This document shows positions 21,711 to 36,700 of a DNA stretch of 64,000 nt, piece by piece. The position numbers and the translations under genes are program-made. Under the pieces are notes generated by a model. The model was not told where the DNA came from and did not search any database. It saw only the letters and a program-made list of their open reading frames with translations. This DNA is from Octopus sinensis. Taxonomy: Eukaryota. Position 1 is the first letter of the stretch. Each line of letters starts with the position of its first letter. The stretch is taken from the NCBI RefSeq assembly GCF_006345805.1, contig NC_042998.1, positions 139,748,001 through 139,812,000 of the forward strand, in the 5' to 3' direction.

Positions 21711-24700
21711 GTAATATAAAATATTTGGTTAATAATTTCATTTAACTTTACCATCCATATTATTGTCATTCTTTCGAGTGTTTGGCTGTTGTTGTTGTTG
21801 ATATTCCCCCCCTCTCTGTGACATCATCATATTTGACGCACAATTCCTCCCCTCCTTAACGTTTATTATACTCCAAATATTAACGTTTATCATACTCCAA
21901 ATCCACGTATATAAAACGTAGATGTATCTAAAATACACACTGTTTAACATACGTCTTCATTTGGCTGTAAAGAACGAAATAAATAATGTTTTTGTTTTAA
22001 TTCTTTTCCTCAAGTGTCTATTAAAGTTCTTTTTCTTAATTATATCCAAACAAATATTTCTGCTCACAATTGTTTACATTTGATATCAACAGTTAATATG
22101 ATATTAATAAATCCAAGTCGATTTTACCTTAGTAGAACTTCTTACCTGGCTGCTAGAATTAATATTTAAATAATGGTTAATGTTTTGAGTTGTTAAAAAA
22201 TAATGAAAACAAAAACGTTGTATATCTCCCTTTTAATCAACACCCTTTATGTCGTATTTAAATAGTATAATCGATTCAAAGTCCAGTTTCTCGCGACTTA
22301 ACACTATTACAATTAAACTAACTTTTGGACATTTCATTTTAATAACATTGCGATGGCAATAAATATGTAAGTTCCATAATCCAGTGGTCGATTGAGAGAT
22401 ATCACGAAGATTTCTTATTCATATTATAAATCTTTAAGTAATCATCCTGCTGGGACCTATCCTTTTCCGAGCTATTGACCACTCCGAAAGTACGAGAATT
22501 TAAGCAAATGACTCTGAAAATCGAACCTGAACCACCCAACGCGATTAATTATTCATTCGTAGGTACAACGTCCATCCATGCTGGAATGTTTGGATTTTGT
22601 TTGTTGTTAAACGATGTTAATTCTTAACATAAACAAATGATTTGTAAACACTGAGTAGATGGTAGCTTGATTTACGTACGGCCGTGGAAGAACAGCTGTT
22701 TTTAGCTTGGTGTATAAAGGAAGATTGTTCATTAGCAGTTTTCAGTCGAAATTTCTTTTAATCTCAAGTCAACCATCGTTGAACAGACTTATCAAAAACA
22801 TAGAAATGTAGTCCTGTCGAGGACTACATTAAAGTGTTTTTCTTTTCTTTTTTAAAGATAGTAGTTTGTGGCTTGAGAAAAATTTAGCTGCTTTTTCTAG
22901 CATGTCGAACGACTATGTAGAGGCTCTCTCTTCACAACAATAGAAACTATATTTCAAATTCTCGTTGAAAAAGTAAACAGAAAAGCAAACAGGTAAATAA
23001 TTTATGGGTCGTAGTAAAACTTTTAGCTGTCAACAGATCAGAACTTCCACATAATTTTCATTAAACCGTTATTGGAAATATGTAATATGTCAATCGATCG
23101 AGCTGAAATATTATTTGTCCTCAGCTGTTCTCTGATAAAAATTGCTGGCCGTTCAGAAGGGGTATTTAGGGGTGGGGTATCAGGAGCAGCTTTTCGAAGT
23201 CGGAAGCACTTTGGTTCCATGCAATATATAAGTGGTACTTATTTGATATAATGTTGTACACACACACACACAGTTACCTATAGTGTTCGTACCATTTTAC
23301 ATACACACATACACATCTTTTATCCTTTACTCATTTCAGCCATTTGACTGTGGCTATGCTGGGGCTCAGCCTTGAAGCAGTTTTTTTGTAGTCGAACAAA
23401 TCGACCACAGAACTTCTTTTTTTAAGCCTAATTCTATCGGTCTCTTTTACCGAACCGCTGGTTACGTGGAGGTAAACACACACACATGTATATAGGCGCA
23501 GGAGTGGTTCTGTGGTACAGGCGCAGAACCGCTGAATTACGTGGAGGTAAACACACACACATATATATAAGACGTAGGAGTGGTTCTGTGGTACAGGCGC
23601 AGGAGTGGCCGTGTGGTAAGTAGCTTGCTTACCAACCACATGGTTTCAGGTTCAGTCCCACTGCATGGCACCTTGGGCAAGTGTCTTCAACTATAGCCTT
23701 GTGAGTGGATTTGGTAGACGGAAACGGAAAGAAGCGCGCCGTACATGTATGTGTGTTTGTCCCTCAACCGATGCTGGTGTGTTTACATCCCCATAACTTA
23801 GCAGTTTGGCAAAAGAGACCAATAGAATAAGTATTAGGCTTACAAAGAATAAGTCCTGGGGTCGATTGGCTCGACTAAAGGCTGTGCTCCAGCGTGGCCA
23901 CAGTCAAATGACTGAAACAAGTAAAAGAATACGATTGGCTTCTTTCAGTTTCCATCTACCAACTCCACTTACAAGCATTTGGTTGGCCTGAGGCGTCACG
24001 CAGAAGAGGTGTTATGCAGTGGGACTGAAAATGGAACCATGTGATTGGGAAGCAAGCTTCTTACCACACAACCACCATAAAACCATGTACCATATGTAGG
24101 CTAGCATTGGTTTTTAATGAATATATTTATTATTAGCAGAAAGAAATATTTGGTAAACACAGATCATGCAAATGTCATAATAGGCTGGGTTATATAAACT
24201 ATTAAAAAAAAATTAATAAAAATAAGTTATATATATAGAGGAATCAGTTCTAAAGTGCAAGACTGTACTAGTGTATATGAAGGATGATAGTTAAGTGAGA
24301 AAATGCCAAGAGGATGCAATATGTGGAAGAGAGAGACAAAAAACAATATAGGTTGAAGGAAGGATTTGAGCTCAGAATGTACAGAGCCAAAAGAAATGCT
24401 CAGCCTTTTAGCATTCAGATTAATGTTTATTACCTCATATTGTTTTGAATTAAACATGCATTATCATGTTGCTTCAAGATTTCAATGATGTGATTGTTTA
24501 TTTTTAAGAATGACATTATAAGTTCAGTGTGAGAGGCTGGATCTGGCCAATTTGGGCATAAAACTAATAGGATATTTTGGCCAGTTTACATGCTAAAGGG
24601 TTAAAGCATTTTGTCTGACAAGCCAATGCTTTTACTAGCTTGTTGCCATAATAATGATAATACCTTCTTTTATAGACACAAGGCCTGAAATTTTGGGGGT

Positions 24701-27700
24701 GGGGGTAAGTAGATTATATCAACTCCAGTGCTCAACTGGTACTTATTTTATTGACTTCAAAAAGATGAAAGGCAAAGTCAACCTTGGCAAAATGCTACTA
24801 AGCGTTTTGTTCAGTGTGCTAATGATTCTGCTTGCTCACTGCCTTAATAATTATTTATTAAGGTTTGTGTGTCTGTGTTTGTCCCCCAACATCGCTTGAC
24901 AACCGATGCTGGTATGGGTATGTCCCCGTAACTTAGCGGTTCGGCAAAAGAGACCAATAGAACAAGTGCTAGGCTTACAAAGAATAAGTTCTGGGGTCGA
25001 TTTGCTCGACTAAAGGTGGTGCTCTAGCATGGCCACAGTCAAATGACTGAAACAAATAAAAGAGTAAATTATAGCCAGCATGGATGTAGAGATAACCTTA
25101 ACCCTTTACCATTTAAACCAGCCATATCTGCCCCAAACATTCTACATATCTTGTGTTCAAATCAGCCAGATCCAGCCTCTCCCACCAATCCTACAATGTC
25201 ATTCTAAAAATAAACAATCATATTAATATCTCAAAGCTACAAGTTAATACATGATTAATTTAAAACAATGTGAATAAATAAATATTACATTTAACAGAGT
25301 AATCTGAATGCTAAAGGGTTAATAAATGTTGTAAAGTGCACTGCTAACACAGTAGAACATGGTATTGATTTATAAGAATATTTAGTATACTTTACAGTAT
25401 TTTATAGTTGCATAACAAAATACTGTGTCTCTACAAGTCATTAATAATAATGTTAGAAATTGAGAAATAACAAAACCTAATGAGGGAGATGAAGAGGCTG
25501 TGGAAGGCAGAGGTGACTATTATTCTTATGATAATCAATGCACTTGGCACAATACTCAAACTGCTAACTGCAGGACTGAATGGTATTAAAATTGAGACTA
25601 GTGGTATTGACCAGCAGGAAAGTGCAATCATGTATTCTGTAGGAATCCTGAGAAAGATTCTTGTTACACCAAACCTCAAGATAACAGTTGTACTAACTAA
25701 TGTTGCCTGTAATAAGTTCAATAATAACCCTTTCTAATTTTGGCACAAGGCCAGCAATTTTAGAGGAAGAAGCAAATTGATTACTTCGAACCTTGTGTTC
25801 AATTGGTACTTATTTTATTGACCCTGAAAGGTTGAAAAGCAAATTTGGCCCTGACAGAATTTGAACTCTGAACATAAAAAGCCAAAAGAAATGCTACAAA
25901 GCATTTTGTCTGGCACAGTAACGATTCTGCCTACTCACCATCTTAATAATAATAATAATAATAATAATTCGGATCTTTACCTTTTGACCTACAGATTTTT
26001 AAAAAATCATTTTTTGTAACTAAACACTTTCAAACTTCGTACACTGGTAGAATGTGTCATATAAAACATCTTTTACTCTTAGCATTTTTGAGAAAAACTT
26101 ATATTTACAAAGATATTTCACCTTAAAGTTCTCGTATTTCAATAATTTCAACCAATCAATGACGTGTATTCAGCTGAATAAAATTACTGCCATTGTTTGT
26201 CAACAACAACTATCAGCGGTGTATTTTTCATTTGTCACTGTTATTTATGACATAGTTCATGTATTTGTACTGGTTTTAGGGTTAGGGTGTTAGGGTTTTA
26301 AGGTTAGAGTTGTCATAAATAACAGTGACAAATGAAATATACACCACTGATAGTTGTTGGTGACAAACAACAGCAGTAATTTTATTCAGCTGAATACACG
26401 TCATTGATTGGTTGAAATTACCGAAATACGAGAACTTTAAGGTGAAATATCTTTGTAAATATAAGTTTTTCTCAAAAAGGCTTAGAGTAAAAGATGTTTT
26501 ATATGACACATTCTACCAGTGTACGAATTTTGAAAGTGTTTAGTTACAAAAAATTATTTTTTTAAATCTGTAGGTCAAAAAGTAAAGATCCAATAATTCT
26601 TCTACTAAAGGCACAAGGCCTGAAATTTCGGGGTAGGGGGCTTGTTTATTACATCAACCCCAGTGTTCACTGGTACTTGTTTTATTGACCCTGTAAAGAG
26701 GAGGCAAAATCAACCTTGAGAGAATTTGAACTCAGAACATAAAGGCTGATGAAATGCTACAAAACATTTTGTCTGGCATGCTAACAATTCTTCCAGGTCA
26801 CACTGCCTTGAATATTTGAATATATACATTCCTAAATGTGAATGCCATATTTGACATTTCCTCTGAGTTTCTTGTCAAAATTAGACCTGCTTTTACTAAC
26901 CTTAAAACAATAAAATCAATGTTTGTGCTTGAGTTTAATAAAAGCTCAAATATTGATGTACTTTATTAACATGTTAGCTGTCATCCTGTATCAGCCATAA
27001 AATATGAAGTTACTTAGGTCAGACTGTTTGATATCCAAGCAGTTCTGTATTTAAAAAAAACCTGTGCTAAGGAGGTAGTTAAAGAAATTTAGTCAAATGT
27101 AATTCCTATTTACATTGTTTTGAATTAATCATGCATTATCTCACAGCTTTGAAATTTGGTGATGTGATTGTTTGTTTTTAGAATGACTTTGTAGGGGAGG
27201 TGTGAGAGGTCAAATCCGGCCAGTTTGGACATAAAAAAGGTACAATATTTGGGCTGGGATATAGCTGCTCTAAAGGGTTAAGGAGGACATGTTTTAAGAT
27301 TTGCAGACTAAAATATAGACTTCCTTTTTAGCCCTTTAGCATTTAAACCAGCCATAACCGGCCCTAATATTCTATGTGCTTTATGCTAAAACTAATCAGA
27401 TCTAACCTTTCACACATCCCCAACAATGTCCTTTTAAAAATATACAATCACATCATCAAAATCTTGTAGCTACAAGTCAATGCAGGATTGATTTAAAACA
27501 ATGTGAATGCTAAGGGTTTAAAATGTATTAGGAGAGATTTGGCTTGTAAGTTGCATTGGTTAAGTAGCCACCTAGAATCTTCTTCCATGGACCCCATATT
27601 TTTTATTTTCCAGAGAAAAGTATGTTGAACCAGAGTTGTTACAGCTGGATACCATATCTGATACCATCCCCTACAGTGATCTCAGGTGAAGGTATAAGGA

Positions 27701-30700
27701 CATGATAAGTAAGAAGGGAGTATAGAAGGAATAAGAGGGATAGAAAGGATTATGACAGGGTTGAGAAGAAAGGGGGATGAATAGAGTTGAAAAGGTGATA
27801 GGGTGGGTCTGAGGCTGTCCAAAGTGTGGAAGGAAGGGGACAAGAAGGGAGTAATGAAGAAGAATATATATATGTACACACACACATACATATATAGCTA
27901 TGGTGCGACCTCACCTGAAATTTGCATCACCGATCTGGAACCCCTATCTTGCCCAGGATATTAATCATCTGGAAGCCATTCAGCGATGTGCAACCAAGAG
28001 AATACCCTCCATCAGGTATTTGCCATATTCTGAACGCCTTACTTCCCTGGGCATGGATACATTGAAACTCCGACGTCTGGCAGCTGATTTGGTAGACACC
28101 CATAAAATTGTTAACCATCTTACAAACAATAAGCTCCTTTTCAAACTCCATCTGTCTAACACCCGTGGACATGTTTACAAAGTCAGAAAACAGCTCAGCT
28201 CCTATGACTTTTGGAAACATTTTTTCATGCTAAGAGTTGCTGAAGCATGGAACAAACTGCCGGCATCAGTTGTTAGTTGTTGGATCACTGCATCCTTCCA
28301 AACTTCCATGCTTCCTGAGATTCACCAACACTACACCTGATTTTCTTCCCTCCATACACATGCAAGCATGTATCTGACTCATACACTGTTCACTTTCCAG
28401 ACATTTGTACATTACTGCATATTATTTATACGTACTTTTGACAAGTTGTTGTGCACCTGAGCACTGTGTACAATAATTTCATTATTATTATTATACATTG
28501 TAAAAAGTGAAAATAGTTTTCATATGTGTAGTTGCATTGATGAAGGAATTGGTGTAGCTAAATCATCATCGTCATTGCTTTAACATTCACTTTTCTATGC
28601 TTACATGAGTAAGACGGAATTTTGTTGAGGTGGGTTTTTCCACAGCTGGACACCCTTCCTGTTGCCAACCTCACCTGTTTCCAAGTGAGCTAATATTTTT
28701 CTTATGGTCAGGCCATGTACTTCCTTTTGGAAAGCGGACGTTAAATGATGATGATGATGATGAGTACTTACTATCTTTTTTTTTTAAAGTCTGGTACTTA
28801 TTCTAACATTCACTTTTATTGAACCACTAAGTTACAGGGACATAAACACACCAGCACTGGTTGTCAAGTGGTGGTGGGGCACAACATAGACACAAAGTCA
28901 CACACACATAAAACAGGCTTCTTTTAGTCTCTGTCCACCAAATCAACTCATAAGGCTTTGGTCAGCCCTAGGTTGTAGTAGAAGACACTTGCCCAAGATA
29001 TCATGCAATGAGACTGAACCCTGAACCATGTGGTTAGGAAGCAAACTTCTTACCTCACAGCCTTCCTTATATCTTTCATAGAAGATTGGACACAGACACT
29101 ACTTGCATGATGGTAACACTCACAACTATCATATGATGTCAAGCCAAGGAGATAGTAACGCACAAGCACACTCACTCACCCTCTCCAATCTTCAGTCTAT
29201 TCCCCATCACATCTTCACCATTTTCTCTCTCTTTCTTTCTCTCTCTCTCTCACTCTCTCTCTCTTTTCACTCTCCCCTCCACACACACACACCTGAGGCA
29301 GCTATGTTTCCTCTCTAACGTAATTTTTCTGTCCCTCAATACTAGTCTCCAACTCAGCTGAAGGGTTGTTTGTCCTGCAAGTTACTTGGTGACCCCGCTA
29401 TTGCTATTGCCATCCAGTACAAGCACCCAGTACACTCTCTAAAGTGCAGCCACTTTACAGATTGTTAGAAATCACACCTAGTCATAGACATCATGCCAAA
29501 ACAGACAGCAGAGGTTGGTGCAGCCTTCTGACTTTCCAATTCCTGTGTAACTGTCCAACCCATGCCAGCATAGAAAACAGATGTTAAAAGAGGAGGATAA
29601 TGATGATAATATTACCACCCTCCTCACAGGCACCTATCATCATCCCTATCGCATCACCAAGTCCTTTACCTGCACTTCCAGTAACGTCATTTACTGCATC
29701 TCCTGCTCTTTCTGCTCTTCCCTGTACATCCGTCAAACAGGATGCTGTTTGGCCGACTGGTTCGAGGAGCACTGGCAATGACACCCTGATTTCATGCCAT
29801 TTCTGCTCTACCAGTCATTCACCACAACATCTGTCTGTGTTTGGATTGTCTTTGCACAGGGGCCATCCAGGCTCCTGCCTTTGCTGTGAACTGGAATTAA
29901 TCTTCTCTCTTCACTCCTTTGTGCCACAGAGGCTCGACTCTCCCCTCCTCTCTTCATCTAACTCTCCCCTCATCACTTCATCTGACTTCCCCCTCTCTTC
30001 ATCTGACTTCTACTTTCTGTTCTCGCCTTCACCCTCTCTCTCAGATTTATAATTTTGCAACCTTTTTATTTTATCATATAATTTGCTCAACGCCCCTGGG
30101 TAGGGAGCACATTATAGACTTTTATTAAAATCCAATTAGCCTATTATTGAACTGGATATTAATGTCACATGTATGCAAAGTTTCATGAATTTTGGTTCAG
30201 TGGTTTAAGCACTAAGTTGGTAACAGACAGATGGACAAACAGAAATTGCCATTTATATATAAGACTAGCTATTTTGACCCGTGCTTCTCTCAGGTTTTGG
30301 TGGTGGTGTTGTTTTGTGTGTGTCTCCTTTTCCCTTTCTTCTTTTGTTCATCTTCTTTGCCTGGTTATTTTTATTGCCCTCTTCTTTTTCTTTTATTTTT
30401 TCTTCGTCTTTATCTTCTTTTTCTTCTTCCTCTTCCACTCTTTCTTTTCTCCTTTTCCCATATTCCTCACCATAGCCCCGAGCAACTTGTAACTCTCCTC
30501 ACACCATTGCCCACTCCATTTTACCCCCAGTGTAAATTTTGGCACCAATCCAACTCCATCTAGTGCCCCTTAAACCGATCCCATCCCAAAATGAGACAAA
30601 TAACCAAGAAATCAAACAACTTTTCCGCATTTCAGCTTTATAGATATTGATATATATATATATATATTTGCACAGACGTGTCTACGTGGTAAACAGCTTG

Positions 30701-33700
30701 CTTCCCAACAACATGGTTCCAGGTTCAGCCCCACTGCATGGCACCTTGGGCAAGTGTTATATAAATGTATATATATTTATGTCTTTGTGTCTGTGTTTGT
30801 CCCCCACCACAACTTGACAACCAGTGAAGGTGTGTTTACATCCCTGAAATTTTGGAGTTCAGCAAAAGAGACTGATAGAATGAGTACTAGGCTTAAAAAA
30901 AAAAAGTCCTGGAGTTGATTTGTTCGATTAAAACGCTTCAAGGTAGTGCCCCAGTATGGACACTGTCAAATAACTGAAACAAGTAAGACATAATATATGT
31001 GTGTGTGTGTGTATTGAAATATACAGATATGGAAATATTTTATCCTCAAATGCATAATAATAATGCTGAATAGCATAAATAAGATAGAACATCTTTATAT
31101 TGCAGAAAAATTTGTTAGTGGCCAGCATTTAAAGTCTATATATTTTTGTCTAATAATTGTTTATGTATATATTTTCTTTTGTATATAAATATATTTAGTT
31201 TGCATTTTAAGTATGTGAATAAATATATTTTGTTTGGTATAGCATATATTTCTAACGCTAGTTTAATCAAAAAATAATTTTAGTTCAAAAATATATGGAA
31301 ATTCAGAATCTTTGGTGTTTGTTCTTAAATGCATTATATAAATGTAAGGGGATATACTAGAAAAAAACTATTTTAAAAAAACATTGCTGCTTCCAACACA
31401 TGTGATTGTATAAATTATTTGTTTTCCGTTGATATGTTGTACATTTTAGGATAAACAACGTTATATAAATACACAGCTAGAATTATGTATGTATACATTG
31501 GGCTTCTTTCTGTTTCTGTCTGCCAAATTCACTCACAGGGCTTCAGTCGTCCTGGGGCTATAGTAGAAGATACCTAGGATGCCACACAATGGGACTGACA
31601 CCTGGAACAGTGTGGTTGGGAAGCAAACTTCTTACCACATTGCCATGCCTGCACCTATAATTGCTTATTTAAAAAAGGGTTGTGCTTCCTGATTGGTGTG
31701 TGTATTACAGTGTCAAAGAGGAAGTGGTTAAGAACTGAGAGAGGGGCCAGCAAGATAGCATTCAGGACATGATGAAAAATGTAAGAGAGCAAATAAGCTT
31801 TAAATCAGTGGTTCTCAACTGGAGTCCATATGGCCCCTGAGGGTCCATATAAGATTTTTGGGGATCCACACAACAAAATAGTAAATTCAGGATCCACAAT
31901 AGTATTTTAAGAGCCCCTGAAAAGATTTTGTTTTAGATGTATGTATTTGTATGTATTGCAAGAAACAGCTATGTTTGTTTCACTAACATTTTACATAGTT
32001 CAACCTACACAAGTTAATGTGCGAAAAACAAAATGGGAATTTTGAAAAAACTTTCTATAAAACTCGTTTTTAAACGAAGAATAGCTATGGGTGTCCACCA
32101 GAGTAAAATAGTAATCAGAGGAGTCCATAGATTAAAAAATGGTTGAGATTCCCAACTTTAGATGGAAGGCATGTGGAGCAAGAAAGTTTTTGGATATAAT
32201 AGGAAATAAAGTATCTCAGCTACTACAAAATATAGTAGCAGTACCTCATTACAGCAACATGTTAGTTTGGTAGCTGTGGCAGACCTTCACATAATCACAA
32301 TCACAGTTAGTACAATCATGATGTATTCACAAGTCAGCATTCTGCTAATTACTATTCTAAAATTACTATGTTATGGCATTTACTTAGTTCCTCTTTATCT
32401 CTGTCTGATGAACTGCCAATTCTATATAATTTTCTTCTCTATTGTCAAAAAAAAAAACAAAAAAAAACCATTACTAGTATTAAATGCTAATGCTAACTTT
32501 GCAATCTGTACACTCCAACTGAGCTCGCAAATAACTTGCAATTTAGACTAAAATAAAATGAGAAATAGATTTAATTTATGAGTTTGTTCAGTCCCTAAAC
32601 ACAGTGTTAAGAGAAAGGTCACCGAAGGATGGTGAATGTGTCAGGATGACCAAATGAAAATAAATTAAAAAAATGTTTTATATCTTGTATTTTTTAATTA
32701 TCTTTTATCTTTTATTGGTTTCAGTCATTAGACTGTGGCCATGCTGGGGCACTGCATTGAAGAATTTTTAGTTGAATGAATTGACCCCAGTACTTACTTT
32801 TTTTTTAAGTCTGTTACTTATTCTAACATTCTCTCTCACCAAACCACTAAGTTACAGGGACATAAACACACCAACACCAGTTGCCAAGCACTGGTGGGGA
32901 ACAACAAAGACACACACACACAAATCAGGCTTCTTTCACTTTCTGTCTGCCAAATCTACTCACAAGGCTTTAGTTGGCCCAAGGTTATATTAGAAGACAC
33001 TTGCCCAAGGTGCCACACAGTGAGACTGAACCTATATGGTTAGGAAGCAAACTTATTACTTCACAGCCTTCCTTATATTTTGTAAAATTTCTTCTTTTTT
33101 TTTTGTAATAAATTTACTTTGAAGTTTTTATTGTTTAGCTCTAAGTAAGATTTGATCAAGTAGATGAAGACCTTCCAGTCATGATCATCCTATAGGAACA
33201 ATTCTAATTAAGATTATTTAATTAAAATAATCATAGGTAGAGGTGTTGCTGTATGGTAAGAAGCTTGCTTCCCATCCACATGGGTCTGGGTTCAGTCCCA
33301 CTTCATGGCACCTTGGGCAAGTGTTTTCTACACAACACACAGCCCAGTCCAGGAATTGAACTCACTACCTCATGATTGTCAGCCTGATGCTCTAACCACT
33401 GAGCCATATTAACAATTTACATAAGTCTAATATTTATAATAAAATATAAATTCCATTAATCCTTTTTTTTTCTCTTCTTTCAGACGAAGGTTGAAATCTA
33501 CAACGAAACATATTTATGATACTCTTTTTGTAAATGGGCAAGGCAGTGATATCACAATCAAAGCATTGGGTCAAGAATGGCGCCTACACAAAATGTATAT
33601 AAGTCAAGTAAGTAACTCTTTGCATTCAGTGTTTTGAGTTCCAAAGCATGTGATGAAATATGCAGTGAAATTATTATATAATGCCAAGGGACCTCAGTGT

Positions 33701-36700
33701 CTTTGATTTTAGTTTTTTTTTTTTTTTAATTGTGGTTGTTTGGTTAAGAATCTTGTTTCTCAACAATATGGTTTTCATATGTAACACCTTCAATAAGTGT
33801 CTTCAGCAATGGCCTTGGGTTGACCAAAGTCATGTGAATGGATTTGGTAGATGGAAGCTGAAAGTGATGGAAATAAGGGATACAAAGTGATATTTATATA
33901 CAGGTGTGGCTGTGTGGTGAGAGGCTTGCTTCCTAGCCACCTGGTTCTGGGTTCAGTCCCACTGCATAGCATTTTGAGCAAGTGTCTTTTACTATAGCCT
34001 CGGGCCAACCAGAGTGGATTTGATTAATGGAAACTGAAGGAACAAAACAAAAAATGGAACAAGACTGTAACAAGCGACAACAAAACATCCAGACAGTTAG
34101 ACAATACGAAAAAGGACAGGAAAAACAAGGACGGGTCATTCGGAGCTTTCAATCTTCAGTTGAGTACCAGATCGTCTTTGCAGTTTCAGCTGGTTACTCT
34201 CGAGACTGCCCCCAAGAAAATCTAAGCTAAGAGCCCTAGATTCTTTGGAAGAAAGCAAGCAAATGTATATGAACTTTAGTTTACTTTCACTTATGACACT
34301 GATATGATAAACAATCAGAAAAACCACAAGCTGTTGATATTCTGAGAAATATGTGTGATCTTTAAACAAACTTGAACTTGTATTGACCTATAACTATTGA
34401 ATCACTTTATTGATTGTTTAAGTGATTTCCTAGATATTAGCTGTTCATTTAAGTAACAACTTGTCATCTGCTTCTCCTCTTATTTTCTCCCTATATCTGT
34501 CATTCTAATTTAATACCACTAACAGTAGTCTCTCTCTCTCTCTCACACACAAATAAATACAAATTCACACATTGTACATTCTTTGTCACTCCACTTATCA
34601 AAGATTAAATTCATTCTGTCTGTCTTCATTATATCACCCTTCATTCTTCCTTAACCTTTTGCACATACAATCTTAGATGCCTCACATCAAATCCGAAGAA
34701 CATAATGCCATGAACAGAGATCTCAGAAACATCCTTCAGTGGGCTTATACCAATCTAGTTTCTTTAAACAACACAAAGACAGTCATACTCTTTGTAAAAA
34801 AATGGAACATCTGCAAGGTCACTACAGATCTCTCCTGGTGAATACATCGCCTCAGTAAAGACTGTATCACAAAGACTGGTTATAAAATACTTCATCGCCA
34901 CACTAATTATTAACCTTCTATGCAGAGATAACTCATGGTACTTAAGACAGAGCATGCAGTTTTGAAAGTCAAAGCCATATAATTGGTGTCCTCAGTAATG
35001 CTGGTAGCATGAAAAGTCACTCAGTACACACTATAAAGTGGTTGGCATTAGGAAGGGCATCCAGCCATAGAAACCATGCCAGAACTAACACTAGAACTGA
35101 ACACATTCCTTCAGCACACCAGATCCTGTCAAACCATCCAATACATGCCAGCATAGAAAATGGACATTAGGTAATAATAATGATGATGGTGATGCTCCCT
35201 CTTTCCCAACTGTATCTCATAAAACCAGAAGATTTAAAACCAAATTTGTTATTTGCATTCATTGGCATATCTTATGCCATTGTATTTCATGCCTTGCATT
35301 CATGCTGGAAACATCACTACTGCCATAAAGCTCCAGTGAGCCCTACAATAGAGTAATACAAGGTGGTATCAAAAGGTTCCCAGACTAGTGATGTTTAATA
35401 AAAAAAATAACTTATTTACCTAAGTTTTAACATCATCTCCTTCAAAATGGTCACCTTGTACAGCAATACACCGGTCCCAGCATTCCTGCCACTTTTGGAA
35501 TCCAGCCTGGAAGTTGTTTTTCGTAAGCAAGTCAAGGATCTTCTGCAATTCACTCTGGATCTTGATAAGTTTTAAAACGCTGGCCTTTGAGCTGCATTTT
35601 CATCTTGGGGAAGAGTTGGTAAATCTGACAAATAAGGCATGCGCAGAAGTGATACATGTTGTCTTTGGTGAGAAACTCACAAGTGAGGAGAACTCAGTGA
35701 TAGAGTGTGTTGTCAGTGTAAAGAATCCAATTCTTTGCACTCCACAAATCTGGCTGCTTTCACCAAATATACTCCTTCAAATGCTTCAAAACATCACAGA
35801 AGAACTCTCAATTGATGGTCTGGGTCTGGGGGACAAATTCTGGATGCATAATACCACATTTCTAGGGGTGACACTTATGGCAGGTCTTTCAGATTGTTCA
35901 ACATCTTCTAGGGATATTCTTCCGCTTTTGAAGCACCTGTGCCACTTGAAATTACATCACTGTAAGCTTGCTGAAGCATACTCAATGTCTTTGTAGCAGA
36001 CTTCCCAAGTTTAATGCAAAATTTGTTTCTGTCCATAATAAAATCACAAGCTACAGCATACATGTGAACACAAAAACATAAATTTCACAAATTGCAAAGT
36101 AAACACAGCAATGTCACCTGGCACACTGCCTCATGAAGATCACTGCTAGCTTTCACTGCACATGCAACTGTGTACTGCCATCTGTTGGCATGCTACAGAA
36201 CTAGTCCAAGAACTTTTTGATCTCACCTTGTACTATCATATCTAGGATGGTTTTACTACTGCACATGTTCAGCCTCTATCACATCCATTGAAAGACCACT
36301 AGACAGATAAGCATAAAGTCACTTAAAAAATTATTCCAACTTCTGATCCATGTACATACTATGTCCTTTTGCTGTCTTACCTACCTCTACTACAATGACT
36401 GAAACAAGTAATAGAGTAATGAGTTGCAGGATATGTCTTTCCAATTCATCATTAGTTCTTGTTGTTGTTTTAGGAAGCGGTTTCTGATTGAAAAGTGGCC
36501 AGCTTAATTGATGTGTAATATTCATTTTTGATATTTGTACAGAAATTGATTGAGCATTTCTCCTTTCTTTTTTCTTCCAGTCAGCCTACTTTGCTTGTAT
36601 GTTCAATGGATCATGGAAAGAATCTGATGAATCTGTCATAAATATTGATATTGTTGATCCCAATATTGATGTCGATGGTAAGTCTGCATTAGTTGAACTA

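Noticed and set aside
23596-23670. tRNA-like A/B boxes suggesting tRNA genes
   Set aside because: No full cloverleaf; the boxes continue into the SINE body and occur in many decayed copies.
26054-26509. Two near-identical 75-79-aa ORFs on opposite strands (also 38942-39624)
   Set aside because: They are a by-product of the inverted arms of a non-coding foldback element.
35514-35996. 160-aa plus-strand ORF
   Set aside because: It is antisense to decayed mariner sequence within TIRs and has no independent coding evidence.
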